Source: Bradyrhizobium sp. (GTDB lineage: Bacteria; Pseudomonadota; Gammaproteobacteria; Burkholderiales; Burkholderiaceae_D). From it: a stretch of 64,000 nucleotides of DNA. The stretch spans positions 2,322 to 66,321 of the forward strand of contig JBLHMB010000015.1 in assembly GCA_047621665.1 (NCBI GenBank). Direction: 5' to 3'. The notes under the pieces are model-generated. The model saw only the letters and a list, made by a program, of their open reading frames with translations. It made no database searches and was not told the DNA's origin. How positions within the stretch are numbered: the stretch's first letter is position 1; the number at the start of each line of letters is the position of its first letter. Positions 20,684 through 30,284 of this stretch are shown piece by piece. The translations under genes and the position numbers were made by a program.

Positions 20684-22135
20684 ATGAACAAACGTGAACG
20701 CTCCGACTCCCGCCCCGATTCAGGGCCGGACTCCCGCCCTGATTTTCGCTCCGGTTCGCGCCCGGACGCACAGCTTGATGCCTTACGCGTTCCGCCGCAT
20801 TCGATCGAAGCCGAACAGTCTGTGCTGGGCGGTCTGTTGCTCGACAACGCCGCCTGGGACAGGATTGCTGATTTTGTCCATCAGGACGATTTCTATCGCT
20901 ATGACCACCGGCTGATTTTTCAACATATCGTCAAGTTGATCAATGGCTCCAAACCAGCCGACGTGATCACTGTCTTCGAGTCACTCACCAGCACCGGCAA
21001 GGCAGAAGAAGTCGGTGGCCTGTCCTATCTGAACGCGTTGGCGCAGAACACGCCATCGGCCGCCAATATCCGGCGCTATGCCGAGATCGTGCGCGACCGT
21101 GGCGTGCTACGCAAGCTGATCACCGTGGCGGATGAAATTTCCGGCCAGGCGTTCAATCCGCAAGGCAAGGAAGTCAAGCAGATGCTTGACGAGGCCGAAT
21201 CCAAGATTTTTGCGATTGCTGAAGAAGGCTCGCGCGGCGCGCAGGGTTTCCAGGAAATCCAGCCGCTGCTGACCCAAGTTGTCGAGCGCATCGACGAGCT
21301 CTACAACCGTGACAATCAAAGCGATATTACCGGCGTACCAACCGGATTTGCCGACCTCGACAAGATGACCTCCGGTCTGCAACCAGGCGACCTGATCATC
21401 GTCGCCGGTCGTCCGTCGATGGGCAAGACCGCGTTCTCGATCAACATCGGCGAGAACGTCGCGATCGATACCGGCTTGCCGGTCGCCGTGTTCTCGATGG
21501 AAATGGGCGGCACCCAGTTGGCGATGCGGATGCTGGGCTCGGTTGGTCGTCTCGACCAGCACCGTTTGCGTACCGGAAAACTGGCCGACGAAGACTGGCC
21601 GCGTCTGACCCATGCGATCCAGAAGATGAATGATGCCCAGCTCTACATCGACGAAACGCCGGCCTTGAATTCGATCGAGTTGCGCGCACGTTCACGGCGG
21701 CTGTCACGCCAGTGCGGCAAGCTCGGCCTGATCATCATCGACTACCTGCAACTGATGTCGGGCAACACCGCCGGCGAAAACCGTGCGACCGAAATTTCCG
21801 AAATTTCGCGCAGTCTGAAAGGCCTGGCCAAGGAATTAAATTGCCCGGTGATCGCGTTATCACAGCTCAACCGTTCGCTCGAACAGCGCCCCAACAAGCG
21901 CCCGGTCATGTCCGACTTGCGCGAATCCGGCGCCATCGAGCAGGACGCTGACGTGATTCTGTTTATTTATCGTGATGAAGTCTATAACCCGGACTCGCCC
22001 GACAAAGGCACTGCTGAAATCATTATCGGCAAACAGCGTAACGGGCCGATTGGCAGTATCCGTCTGACCTTCCAGGGGCAGTACACCAAATTCGACAACT
22101 ACACCGGCAATGCGCCGTTGTATGGCGGCGATTAA
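20684..22135 (+). CDS. dnaB: Replicative DNA helicase DnaB
   Basis: 'PPHSIEAEQSVLG', Walker A 'GRPSMGKT', 'IIDYLQL', 'SDLRESGAIEQDAD'. No intein. Confidence 0.97.
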   Translation: MNKRERSDSRPDSGPDSRPDFRSGSRPDAQLDALRVPPHSIEAEQSVLGGLLLDNAAWDRIADFVHQDDFYRYDHRLIFQHIVKLINGSKPADVITVFESLTSTGKAEEVGGLSYLNALAQNTPSAANIRRYAEIVRDRGVLRKLITVADEISGQAFNPQGKEVKQMLDEAESKIFAIAEEGSRGAQGFQEIQPLLTQVVERIDELYNRDNQSDITGVPTGFADLDKMTSGLQPGDLIIVAGRPSMGKTAFSINIGENVAIDTGLPVAVFSMEMGGTQLAMRMLGSVGRLDQHRLRTGKLADEDWPRLTHAIQKMNDAQLYIDETPALNSIELRARSRRLSRQCGKLGLIIIDYLQLMSGNTAGENRATEISEISRSLKGLAKELNCPVIALSQLNRSLEQRPNKRPVMSDLRESGAIEQDADVILFIYRDEVYNPDSPDKGTAEIIIGKQRNGPIGSIRLTFQGQYTKFDNYTGNAPLYGGD

Positions 22136-22156
22136 ACCCTTTTCGAGAGACAGACC

Positions 22157-22783
22157 ATGTTCGGACGACTGATGCCCACGGAGGGCAAATTCTTTGAGTT
22201 GTTCAACCAGCACGCCGACTTGTGCGTCAAGGGCGCCCGTGAAATGGTTGGCCTGATGACCAATTTCGATGACCTCGAAATCCGCGTACACGCGATCGAA
22301 GCGATCGAGAAAGAGGCCGACAAGGTCACGCACAATACGATCGAAATGCTGCACATGACCTTCGTCACGCCGCTCGATCGTGATGACATCCACCAGCTGA
22401 TCACGCGCATGGATGACATCCTCGACTTGCTCGAGGATGCGGCCCAGACCATCTCGCTCTACGACATCAAAGCCATCACGCCGGAAGCCAAACGGCTGGC
22501 TGAACTGTGTCTGAGTTGTGCGGAAAAAGTCCAGGCGGCGGTGGCACTGCTGCCCAACATGGATAACTCGCGGGCGATCATGGACTTGTGTACCGAGATC
22601 GACCGGCTCGAGTCCGATGCGGACCATGTCATGCGTGCCGCGATGTCAAAACTGTTTCGCGACGAACCGGACGTGCGCAACCTGATCAAGCTGAAAGCGA
22701 TCTACGAGATCCTCGAAACCGTCACCGACCGTTGCGAAGATGTCGCCAACATCATCGAAGGCATTGTCCTTGAAAATGCCTGA
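22157..22783 (+). CDS. DUF47-family phosphate transport regulator
   Basis: 'IEKEADKVTH...FVTPLDRDDI', 'TDRCEDVANIIEGIVLENA'; directly upstream of PiT. Confidence 0.9.
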   Translation: MFGRLMPTEGKFFELFNQHADLCVKGAREMVGLMTNFDDLEIRVHAIEAIEKEADKVTHNTIEMLHMTFVTPLDRDDIHQLITRMDDILDLLEDAAQTISLYDIKAITPEAKRLAELCLSCAEKVQAAVALLPNMDNSRAIMDLCTEIDRLESDADHVMRAAMSKLFRDEPDVRNLIKLKAIYEILETVTDRCEDVANIIEGIVLENA

Positions 22784-22827
22784 TGGGCTCGACCGTTCGA
22801 TGACGGTTCGTTTTTAGAAAAGACTGC

Positions 22828-23835
22828 ATGCAGACCCTCCATATCAGTATCACGACGCTTGGTTTTCTGATCGCCTTAGCCTTGCTGTTTGGTTTCATGA
22901 ATGGCTTCAATGATGCGGCCAACGCAATCGCCACCGTCGTCTCAACCGGGGTCCTGAAGCCGCAACAAGCGGTGGTGATGGCGGCGATTTTCAATTTCAT
23001 TGCGATCCTGGTATTTCAGCTGCAGGTGGCAGACACGGTGGGGAAGGGCACGATTGAGGCGTCGGTGGTCGACCACTACGTGGTGTTCGGCGCACTGGCG
23101 GGCGCGATTACGTGGAGTTTCATCACCTGGTATCACGGTATTCCGTCGTCGTCGTCGCATGCATTGATCGGCGGGCTGATCGGCGCCGCCGTGGCCAAGG
23201 CCGGTACCGGCGCGCTGATTGAATCGGGCCTGGTCAAGACCATCGCGTTCGTCGTCTTGTCACCGCTGCTCGGATTTATTCTTGGATCGTTCATGATGCT
23301 GCTGGTGTCGTGGGTGTTCGTGCGCTCGACGCCGCGCAAGGCGGACAAATGGTTTCGTCGCCTGCAGTTCGGCTCGGCGGCGATGTACAGCCTCGGTCAC
23401 GGTGGCAACGATGCGCAAAAAACCATGGGCATCATCTGGATGCTGCTGATCAGTTCCGGTTACTCGACCAGCAGCGATGCGTTGCCGTGGTGGGTGGTCG
23501 TCAGTTGCTACTGCGCGATCAGTTTTGGCACGTTGTTTGGCGGTTGGCGCATCGTCAAAACGATGGGCCAGCGCATCACCAAACTCAAACCGGTGGGGGG
23601 ATTTTGTGCCGAAAGTGGCGGAGCGCTAATGCTATTTGCAACGACGGCGATGGGCATCCCGATCTCGACGACGCATACGATTACCGGTGCGATTGTCGGC
23701 GTCGGTTCGGTTCAAAAAATGTCGGCGGTCCGCTGGGGCGTTGCCGGCAATATTGTCTGGGCTTGGATCTTCACGATACCGGCGACCGCATTCATGGCGG
23801 CGGTGGCATGGTGGATCGGCACGCTAATTCTGTAG
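22828..23835 (+). CDS. Inorganic phosphate transporter, PiT family
   Basis: 'GFNDAANAIAT', 'SSSHALIGG', 'HGGNDAQK', 'PISTTH'. Confidence 0.93.
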   Translation: MQTLHISITTLGFLIALALLFGFMNGFNDAANAIATVVSTGVLKPQQAVVMAAIFNFIAILVFQLQVADTVGKGTIEASVVDHYVVFGALAGAITWSFITWYHGIPSSSSHALIGGLIGAAVAKAGTGALIESGLVKTIAFVVLSPLLGFILGSFMMLLVSWVFVRSTPRKADKWFRRLQFGSAAMYSLGHGGNDAQKTMGIIWMLLISSGYSTSSDALPWWVVVSCYCAISFGTLFGGWRIVKTMGQRITKLKPVGGFCAESGGALMLFATTAMGIPISTTHTITGAIVGVGSVQKMSAVRWGVAGNIVWAWIFTIPATAFMAAVAWWIGTLIL

Positions 23836-23850
23836 GCCTTGCGTGCATCC

Positions 23851-23886
23851 AAAAAAAACGGCATCCGAACTTCCGGATGCCGTTTT
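23851..23886. terminator. Bidirectional terminator between pit and phoH
   Basis: A-run + CGGCATCCG stem / CGGATGCCG + T-run. Confidence 0.8.
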
Positions 23887-23908
23887 GCTGTGCAGTCGCG
23901 TTCTGTCG

Positions 23909-25603
23909 TTACAGCACTTCGCTCGCATGATCAGCCAACCGTGAGCGCTCGCCGCGTGCCAGCGTCACATGCCCGCTGTGCGCCCAACCCTTGAAGCGAT
24001 CGACCACGTACGTCAGACCGCTCGACCCTTCGGTCAGGTACGGCGTATCAATTTGCGCGATATTACCGAGGCAGATGATCTTGGTACCGGGACCGGCGCG
24101 GGTGACCAGGGTTTTCATTTGCTTGGGTGTCAGGTTTTGCGCTTCGTCGATGATCAGGAACTTGTTGACGAAAGTGCGACCGCGCATGAAGTTCAGTGAC
24201 TTGATCTTGATGCGTGAGCGGATCAGGTCCTGCGTCGCGGCACGGCCCCATTCACCGGCATCCGAATCAGACTTGTTGAGTACTTCAAGGTTGTCGTCGA
24301 AGGCACCCATCCATGGCGACATCTTTTCTTCCTCGGTACCTGGCAGGAAGCCGATGTCTTCGCCCACCGGCACCGTCACGCGAGTGACGATGATTTCGTT
24401 GTAGAGCTTGGTTTCCAGTACTTGCGCCAAGCCCGCTGCGAGGGCCAGCAAGGTCTTGCCGGTACCGGCCTGACCCAGCAGTGTGACGAAATCGCATTCC
24501 GGATTCATCAGCAAGTTGAGGGCGAAGTTTTGCTCGCGGTTGCGGGCAGTGACACCCCAGACGTTGTTCTTGTTGTGGGCATAGTCACGCAGCGTTTGCA
24601 GCACAGCCGTTTTGCCATTGATCTCGCGAACCTTGCCGTAGAACGCCGGTTCGCCATTCATCGGCTCCATGTACACGAACTGGTTCATCAGCATTGCCGG
24701 AACCAGCGGACCGGTCAACCGGTAGTACGTGGTGCCGGTGCCGTTCTTGTTTTCCTGCCAGGATTCGATGCCTTTGCCGTGCTTGTTCCAGAAATCGTCC
24801 GGCAAGTGCAGGATGCCCGAGTACAGCAGATCGGTGTCTTCCAGGACGTGATCGTTAAAGTATTCTTCGGCCGGCAAACCGAGTGCACAGGCCTTGATGC
24901 GCATGTTGATGTCTTTCGACACCAGCACGATGGCCCGGCCCGGAAATTGCGCTTCGAGGGCGCGTACGACACCGAGGATCTGGTTGTCCGCTTTGCCGAC
25001 CGGCAGACCTTCGGGTAGTACGATGTTTTGCAATTTGGTCTGGAAAAACAGGCGGCCCTTTGCGTCCTTGTTGCCGAGCTTTGACAACGGAATGCCATCC
25101 TCGATGCTGGCGCCATTCATGTTACCAACCAGCGCATCAAGCGAACGCGATACCTGCCGCGCATTGCGTGCCACTTCGGTCATGCCCTTCTTGTGATCGT
25201 CGAGTTCTTCGAGCGTCATCATCGGCAGATAAACGTCGTGTTCCTCGAAACGGAACAACGAGCTAGGGTCATGCATCAACACATTTGTGTCGAGTACAAA
25301 CAGCTTTGAAATGCCGCTCTTGTCAGCCCGGCGGCTGATCCCTGACTTGGGCTTGGCGACGGCGGTTTTGGCGGGCTTGAGGGCACTAATTTTCGCTTTG
25401 ACAGCGGGCGTCGCAGGCAGTCCCGGCGCCACAGGAGCCGCAGGAGTACGTGCAGTCGGTCGCGTCAGGGCCTCCATTTTACGAGGAGTGGTAACGGTCG
25501 GCATCGTGAACGGTTTGACGATTGTTGACTTGTCCGCCTTGGGATAGTCCGTCGGCGACAGCAGGGCAGCAGGTTTGGTCGGTAATTTTGGCAGTGGCAT
25601 CAT
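23909..25603 (-). CDS. PhoH-family protein (PIN + PhoH ATPase)
   Basis: PIN 'FVLDTNVLMHDP', 'VSKDINMRIKA'; Walker A 'GQAGTGKT'; 'RGRT', 'IIDEAQN'. Pro/Ala/Lys-rich N-terminus. Confidence 0.93.
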   Translation of the reverse strand: MMPLPKLPTKPAALLSPTDYPKADKSTIVKPFTMPTVTTPRKMEALTRPTARTPAAPVAPGLPATPAVKAKISALKPAKTAVAKPKSGISRRADKSGISKLFVLDTNVLMHDPSSLFRFEEHDVYLPMMTLEELDDHKKGMTEVARNARQVSRSLDALVGNMNGASIEDGIPLSKLGNKDAKGRLFFQTKLQNIVLPEGLPVGKADNQILGVVRALEAQFPGRAIVLVSKDINMRIKACALGLPAEEYFNDHVLEDTDLLYSGILHLPDDFWNKHGKGIESWQENKNGTGTTYYRLTGPLVPAMLMNQFVYMEPMNGEPAFYGKVREINGKTAVLQTLRDYAHNKNNVWGVTARNREQNFALNLLMNPECDFVTLLGQAGTGKTLLALAAGLAQVLETKLYNEIIVTRVTVPVGEDIGFLPGTEEEKMSPWMGAFDDNLEVLNKSDSDAGEWGRAATQDLIRSRIKIKSLNFMRGRTFVNKFLIIDEAQNLTPKQMKTLVTRAGPGTKIICLGNIAQIDTPYLTEGSSGLTYVVDRFKGWAHSGHVTLARGERSRLADHASEVL

Positions 25604-25734
25604 GACCTCGATCTAAATACGGTTAAGCGATACGCATACCTTGTGGCATGGCGAACGGGGTCTAACGGTAGTAACAGCGGGAATGGCAAGCGTAAAGAAA
25701 ACGGCAAGCGAACAACGGGCAGGCGAACAAAGTG

Positions 25735-25782
25735 CAAAAAGCCGTTTGAGGCCAAGACGGTGGTCCTGGTCTCAAACGGCTT
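25735..25782 (-). terminator. Long hairpin/terminator downstream of bcp
   Basis: AAAAAGCCGTTTGAG...CTCAAACGGCTTT inverted repeat, followed by T5 on the minus strand. Confidence 0.6.
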
Positions 25783-25830
25783 TCGAAAAGCGGATTCTTT
25801 AATTGAATTCAATGGTTATCGGCTCTCGGT

Positions 25831-26307
25831 CTAGGCTAAGGCCTTCACAAATTCCAGTACATCATCGACGTGTCCGGGTACCTTCACTCCCCGCCATTCT
25901 TTCACCAATTCGCCGGCACCGTCAATGATAAATGTGCTGCGTTCGACACCACGTACCGTCTTGCCGTACATGCTTTTCGATTTCATCACATTGAACTGCA
26001 GGCACACAACTTCTTCGGGATCAGAGATCAGTTCGAACGGCATGCCGAGCTTGGCTTTGAAACCTTCGTGCGAGCGCAGGCTGTCGCGGCTGATGCCGAA
26101 CACGATGGCATTGGCTGCTTCGAATTCCGGATACAGATCACGAAAGCGCATGCTCTCGGCGGTGCATCCCGGTGTGTTGTCCTTCGGGTAAAAAAACAGG
26201 ATGACGGTCTTGCCGGCGTGCTCCGACAAGCGGAACGGCTGCGTGCCGGTTACCAGTGCGGAAAAGTCTTCAACGATCTTGGTTGCTACAGAGGGGCTAT
26301 CAGCCAC
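25831..26307 (-). CDS. bcp: Peroxiredoxin (BCP)
   Basis: 'FYPKDNTPGCTAE', 'RSTFIID'. Confidence 0.92.
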   Translation of the reverse strand: MADSPSVATKIVEDFSALVTGTQPFRLSEHAGKTVILFFYPKDNTPGCTAESMRFRDLYPEFEAANAIVFGISRDSLRSHEGFKAKLGMPFELISDPEEVVCLQFNVMKSKSMYGKTVRGVERSTFIIDGAGELVKEWRGVKVPGHVDDVLEFVKALA

Positions 26308-26361
26308 GTGATTCTCCTGGTCGTTTCATAGTTGATGTCAAACAGTTCAGCAGATCGACGC

Positions 26362-27303
26362 TCAGGCAGCTTGCAGCAGCAAGTCACCCGAACGGCCAGG
26401 CAAGGTGCCCCAGGCAATCGGATTGACCGGCAATACGCGCTGGCCAATGGCTTGGTGGTAATCGCGCATCGCCGCCAGTTCATAACCTTGCGCGCGCCAT
26501 CCGCTGAGTAGTTGTTCAAATATGGGGGCGAGTTTTTGTCCTTCAAGTTCGGCATGCAAGGTGTAGACATGATCGCGTGGCGATGCGGTCAGGCGTAACA
26601 GCACGGCGGCAATATTAGCCGTCGTGACCAGTTCGCCATCGATGGTCCGGCCCAGCAGTTCATCAAGAGTCGGCAGCGTGGTCGGCATCTGGATGCATGA
26701 CAATGTCCCGCCGTCGATGCTAAGCCGGTGCGGTCCCGCATCGGCATGCAGCAGACGGCCATCGTCATGAAGTTGTGCCCGCTCGTCGGAGGCGTACGCA
26801 ATGCCGAACGCATCGAGCTGCCTGAACGCGTGCGGATTCATTTGCCAGCCGGCGGCGCCGTGGGTCTGCGCTGCAAAACCGAAGACATCGGTGAAGCGAT
26901 CGTAAGAACGTTGCATCAGGCCTTGCGTCCATGTCGCATCCTGCTGGCGGACATGATCCTGCCAGACCACGTGGTCCCAGGTGTGGATACCGCATTCGAA
27001 GCCGGCTTGATGCACTGCTCGCAATTGATTTGCACACAATTGACCAATGTCCGGTGCCGGCAACAGCACGCCGTACATCAGGGTTTTCAGGCCATAGTGT
27101 TCCAGCACCGAGGTACGTGATACCTTCTGGAAAAAGCCGGGACGGAAGGCCCGCCGCAAGGCCCAGCCGGTATGGTCCGGTCCCAGCGAGAACAGAAAGG
27201 TGGCGCGTGCATCGTGCTTTTGCAACATGCGCACCAGATTCGGCACCCCTTCGCGGGTGCCGCGAAAGGTGTCGACATCGATCTTGAGTGTAATCAGAGG
27301 CAA
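26362..27303 (-). CDS. arnD: ArnD-like polysaccharide deacetylase (Ara4FN deformylase)
   Basis: 'LKIDVDTFRGT', 'GIHTWDH', 'TLHAELEG'; last gene of the arn operon. Confidence 0.8.
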   Translation of the reverse strand: MPLITLKIDVDTFRGTREGVPNLVRMLQKHDARATFLFSLGPDHTGWALRRAFRPGFFQKVSRTSVLEHYGLKTLMYGVLLPAPDIGQLCANQLRAVHQAGFECGIHTWDHVVWQDHVRQQDATWTQGLMQRSYDRFTDVFGFAAQTHGAAGWQMNPHAFRQLDAFGIAYASDERAQLHDDGRLLHADAGPHRLSIDGGTLSCIQMPTTLPTLDELLGRTIDGELVTTANIAAVLLRLTASPRDHVYTLHAELEGQKLAPIFEQLLSGWRAQGYELAAMRDYHQAIGQRVLPVNPIAWGTLPGRSGDLLLQAA

Positions 27304-27309
27304 GGGATA

Positions 27310-28368
27310 TTAATCCATCAATGCGCGGGCAGCGGCGACTTGTCCGCGGTAGGCGTCAAAAATATTACGCAGCGTATCGGCCATCGTGGTGGTTGGATAC
27401 CAGTCCAGTTCTTCGCAGGTATTGGTGATTTTCGGCACGCGATTCTGCACGTCCTGATAGCCCTTGCCGTAGTAAGCCGCTGAGGTGGTCTCGATCAGTT
27501 CGACATTCTTGGCGGAATCGGCATATTCCGGATAGTCGGCTGCCAGCTTTAACATCATCGCTGCGAGGTCGCGGATCGAGTAATTATTGACCGGGTTGCC
27601 GATGTTGTAGATCTTGCCGGTGGCGATGCCATCCTTGTTGGCGATGATCTTGATCAGCGCATCAATGCCGTCGTCGATATACGTGAACGCGCGCTTTTGC
27701 TCGCCGCCATCGACCAGCGAAATATTTTCACCGCGCACGATGTGACCAAAGAATTGGGTGACCACGCGCGAGCTGCCTTCTTTCGGCGTATGGATCGAAT
27801 CGAGTCCGGCACCGATCCAGTTGAATGGACGGAACAGCGTGAAGTTCAGGCCTTCCATGCCATAGCCCCAGATCACGCGATCCATCAGCTGCTTCGAGCA
27901 GGAATAAATCCAGCGCGGTTTGTTGATCGGGCCACAGATCAGTTCGGATTCTTCCGGATCGAATTCATCGTCATGGCACATGCCATAGACTTCCGAGGTC
28001 GACGGGAATACCAGATGCTTGCCGTATTTGGCGGCCGAGCGAACGATCGGCAGGTTGGCTTCGAAGTCGAGTTCGAACACGCGCAGCGGTTGCTTGACAT
28101 AGGTTGATGGCGTGGCGATTGCCACCAGTGGCAGGATCACATCGCACTTCTTGACGTGGTACTCGACCCATTCCTTGTTGATCGTGATGTCGCCGTCAAA
28201 GAAATGCATGCGTGACTTGAAGTCCGGATTGTCCAGCAGGTCGGTGATGCGGTCGCTCATCATGTCCATGCCATAGACGTGCCAGTCGGTGGTTTCGAGG
28301 ATGCGTTTGGACAGATGGTGACCAATGAAACCATTGACGCCGAGGATGAGGACTTTTTTCATGTTCAC
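27310..28368 (-). CDS. UDP-glucuronate oxidase/decarboxylase (standalone ArnA C-terminal domain)
   Basis: 'GVNGFIG', 'STSEVYG', 'RWIYSCSKQ', 'FRPFNW'. Confidence 0.92.
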   Translation of the reverse strand: MNMKKVLILGVNGFIGHHLSKRILETTDWHVYGMDMMSDRITDLLDNPDFKSRMHFFDGDITINKEWVEYHVKKCDVILPLVAIATPSTYVKQPLRVFELDFEANLPIVRSAAKYGKHLVFPSTSEVYGMCHDDEFDPEESELICGPINKPRWIYSCSKQLMDRVIWGYGMEGLNFTLFRPFNWIGAGLDSIHTPKEGSSRVVTQFFGHIVRGENISLVDGGEQKRAFTYIDDGIDALIKIIANKDGIATGKIYNIGNPVNNYSIRDLAAMMLKLAADYPEYADSAKNVELIETTSAAYYGKGYQDVQNRVPKITNTCEELDWYPTTTMADTLRNIFDAYRGQVAAARALMD

Positions 28369-28386
28369 TGCTTTCGTAAATGTTTT

Positions 28387-29295
28387 TTAGTTCGTGTTGC
28401 CGGACATGTTTTGCTGTAATTGTGCCGGCGTCAGCGGGACGTCGTTGACCAGCAAGGTAGAAATTGCCAGTGCATGACCGTCACCACAAATTCCCAGAAT
28501 GCGATTATCCACTACCGCAAGGCCAGGTGCCAAATCGGGAAAAGTCTGCGTCGAAAGCCGCGCCTTGCCGATCACGTAAGTGACATCATCCTGCACCGTC
28601 CAGGCCCCCGGATACGGCGGTGCCACGGCGCGATGCAGGTTGTAGACCTGCTGCGCGGATTGCTGCCAGTCGATGCGGCCGTCAGCCGGTTTGCGCCCGC
28701 CAAAGTAGCTGCCCTGTGCGATGTCGTTGGGCAGGCGCGGAATGCGACCCGCGAGCATTTCCGGCAGCACATCCCAGAGCGTTTTTTCGGCGGCAACGAC
28801 GACCTTGCCGAACACCTCATGCGCGGTATCGTCGGGCAGAATCGGCACACTGGTCTGCGCGACGATGGCGCCGGCGTCGGGTTTTTCGGCCATCTCATGG
28901 AGCGTGGCACCGGTGCTGTCTTCACCATGCAGCACGGCCCAGTTGATCGGCACGCGGCCGCGATATTTCGGCAGCAGAGAGCCATGCATGTTGAATGCAC
29001 CCAGGCGTGCCAGCGCCAGCAATGGCACTGGCAACATGTGGCGGTAATAAAAACTGAAAATGAAATCCGGTGCGATGGCACTTACCTGTTCAAACAGGGC
29101 AGGGCTGGCCGGATCGTCCGGTGTGGTCACCGCGATGGCGTGTTCGGCGCACAGCGCAGCGACCGACTCGAACCAGATGGTTTCGGCCGGATTGTCCTGA
29201 TGCGTGACGACCAGCGCGATCTCGACGCCGCGCGCCAGCAAGACCTGCAGGCAGCGCACGCCGACATTGTGATAGGCAAAAACGACCGCGCGCAT
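28387..29295 (-). CDS. UDP-Ara4N formyltransferase (standalone ArnA N-terminal domain)
   Basis: 'MRAVVFAYHNVG', 'NMHGSLLPKYRGRVPINWA'. Confidence 0.92.
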   Translation of the reverse strand: MRAVVFAYHNVGVRCLQVLLARGVEIALVVTHQDNPAETIWFESVAALCAEHAIAVTTPDDPASPALFEQVSAIAPDFIFSFYYRHMLPVPLLALARLGAFNMHGSLLPKYRGRVPINWAVLHGEDSTGATLHEMAEKPDAGAIVAQTSVPILPDDTAHEVFGKVVVAAEKTLWDVLPEMLAGRIPRLPNDIAQGSYFGGRKPADGRIDWQQSAQQVYNLHRAVAPPYPGAWTVQDDVTYVIGKARLSTQTFPDLAPGLAVVDNRILGICGDGHALAISTLLVNDVPLTPAQLQQNMSGNTN

Positions 29296-30269
29296 CAGTG
29301 GCCCTGCGTTCCGGAGGGGGTCTTGACAGGGTGTTCAACGGTTTCCTGCAAGACTGCCTGAATCACGTAACGCGGACGTCCGCGCACCTGCTCGTAAATC
29401 CGACCGACATACTCGCCGACCAGACCGATACCGAACAGCACCACGCCGATCATGAAGAACACAATCGCGAACAGCGTGAACACGCCTTCGACTTCGGCGC
29501 CGAGTGCAAAGCGGCGCACCAGCAGAATCACGAACAGAATCGCCGACAGGAACGACAGGCCGATACCGAAGATCGAAAAAAATTGCAGGGGCATCAGCGA
29601 AAATCCGGTAATCAAATCGAAATTAAGGCGTATCAGGCTGTACAGCGAATACTTCGATTCGCCGGCCGAGCGTTCCTCGTGCTCGACGACGATTTCAGTC
29701 GGGTGGCGTGCGAACGTGTAGGCCAGCGCCGGTACGAAGGTATTGACCTCGCTGCACTGGTTGATCAGGTCGATGACATTGCGGCCATAGGCGCGCAGCA
29801 TGTTGCCCTGATCGGTCATCTGAATGTGCGTCAGTGTTTCGCGCAGCCGGTTCATGGCGCGCGAGGCGTAGGTGCGGAACGCCGAGTCCTGCCGGTCGCG
29901 CCGGATCGAACCGACATAGTCGAAACCTTCGCGCATCTTGTTGACGAGGTTGGCAATTTCTTCGGGCGGATTTTGCAGGTCGGCGTCGAGCGTGACGGTG
30001 ATCTCGCCACGGGTCGCCTGGAAGCCGGCCAGGATCGCCATGTGCTGGCCGTAATTACCATTGAACAGCACGACGCGGGTGACGTCGGGACGCAAACGGA
30101 ACTGGTCCGCCAGCAGCGCGGCAGAGGCGTCGCGGCTGCCATCGTTGACGAAGATGACTTCGTAGCTATAACCGAGCGCATCGAGAGCCGGATACAGGCG
30201 CGCAAACAATTTGGCGATGCCGGCTTCTTCGTTGTAGATCGGGATAACGACGGACAGTTGAGGTTTCAT
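29295..30269 (-). CDS. arnC: Undecaprenyl-phosphate Ara4FN transferase, GT2 family
   Basis: 'VNDGSRD', 'NYGQHMA', 'DADLQNPPEE'; two C-terminal TM helices. Confidence 0.9.
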   Translation of the reverse strand: MKPQLSVVIPIYNEEAGIAKLFARLYPALDALGYSYEVIFVNDGSRDASAALLADQFRLRPDVTRVVLFNGNYGQHMAILAGFQATRGEITVTLDADLQNPPEEIANLVNKMREGFDYVGSIRRDRQDSAFRTYASRAMNRLRETLTHIQMTDQGNMLRAYGRNVIDLINQCSEVNTFVPALAYTFARHPTEIVVEHEERSAGESKYSLYSLIRLNFDLITGFSLMPLQFFSIFGIGLSFLSAILFVILLVRRFALGAEVEGVFTLFAIVFFMIGVVLFGIGLVGEYVGRIYEQVRGRPRYVIQAVLQETVEHPVKTPSGTQGH

Positions 30270-30284
30270 CAGGGATGGATAAAA

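Noticed and set aside
25620-25735. Degenerate GGCAAGCG/GCGAACAA repeats in the phoH leader
   Set aside because: Only two or three short imperfect units; no recognisable riboswitch or ncRNA.
27310-29295. ArnA split into two genes
   Set aside because: This is the established arrangement in Burkholderia-type arn operons, not a frameshift.
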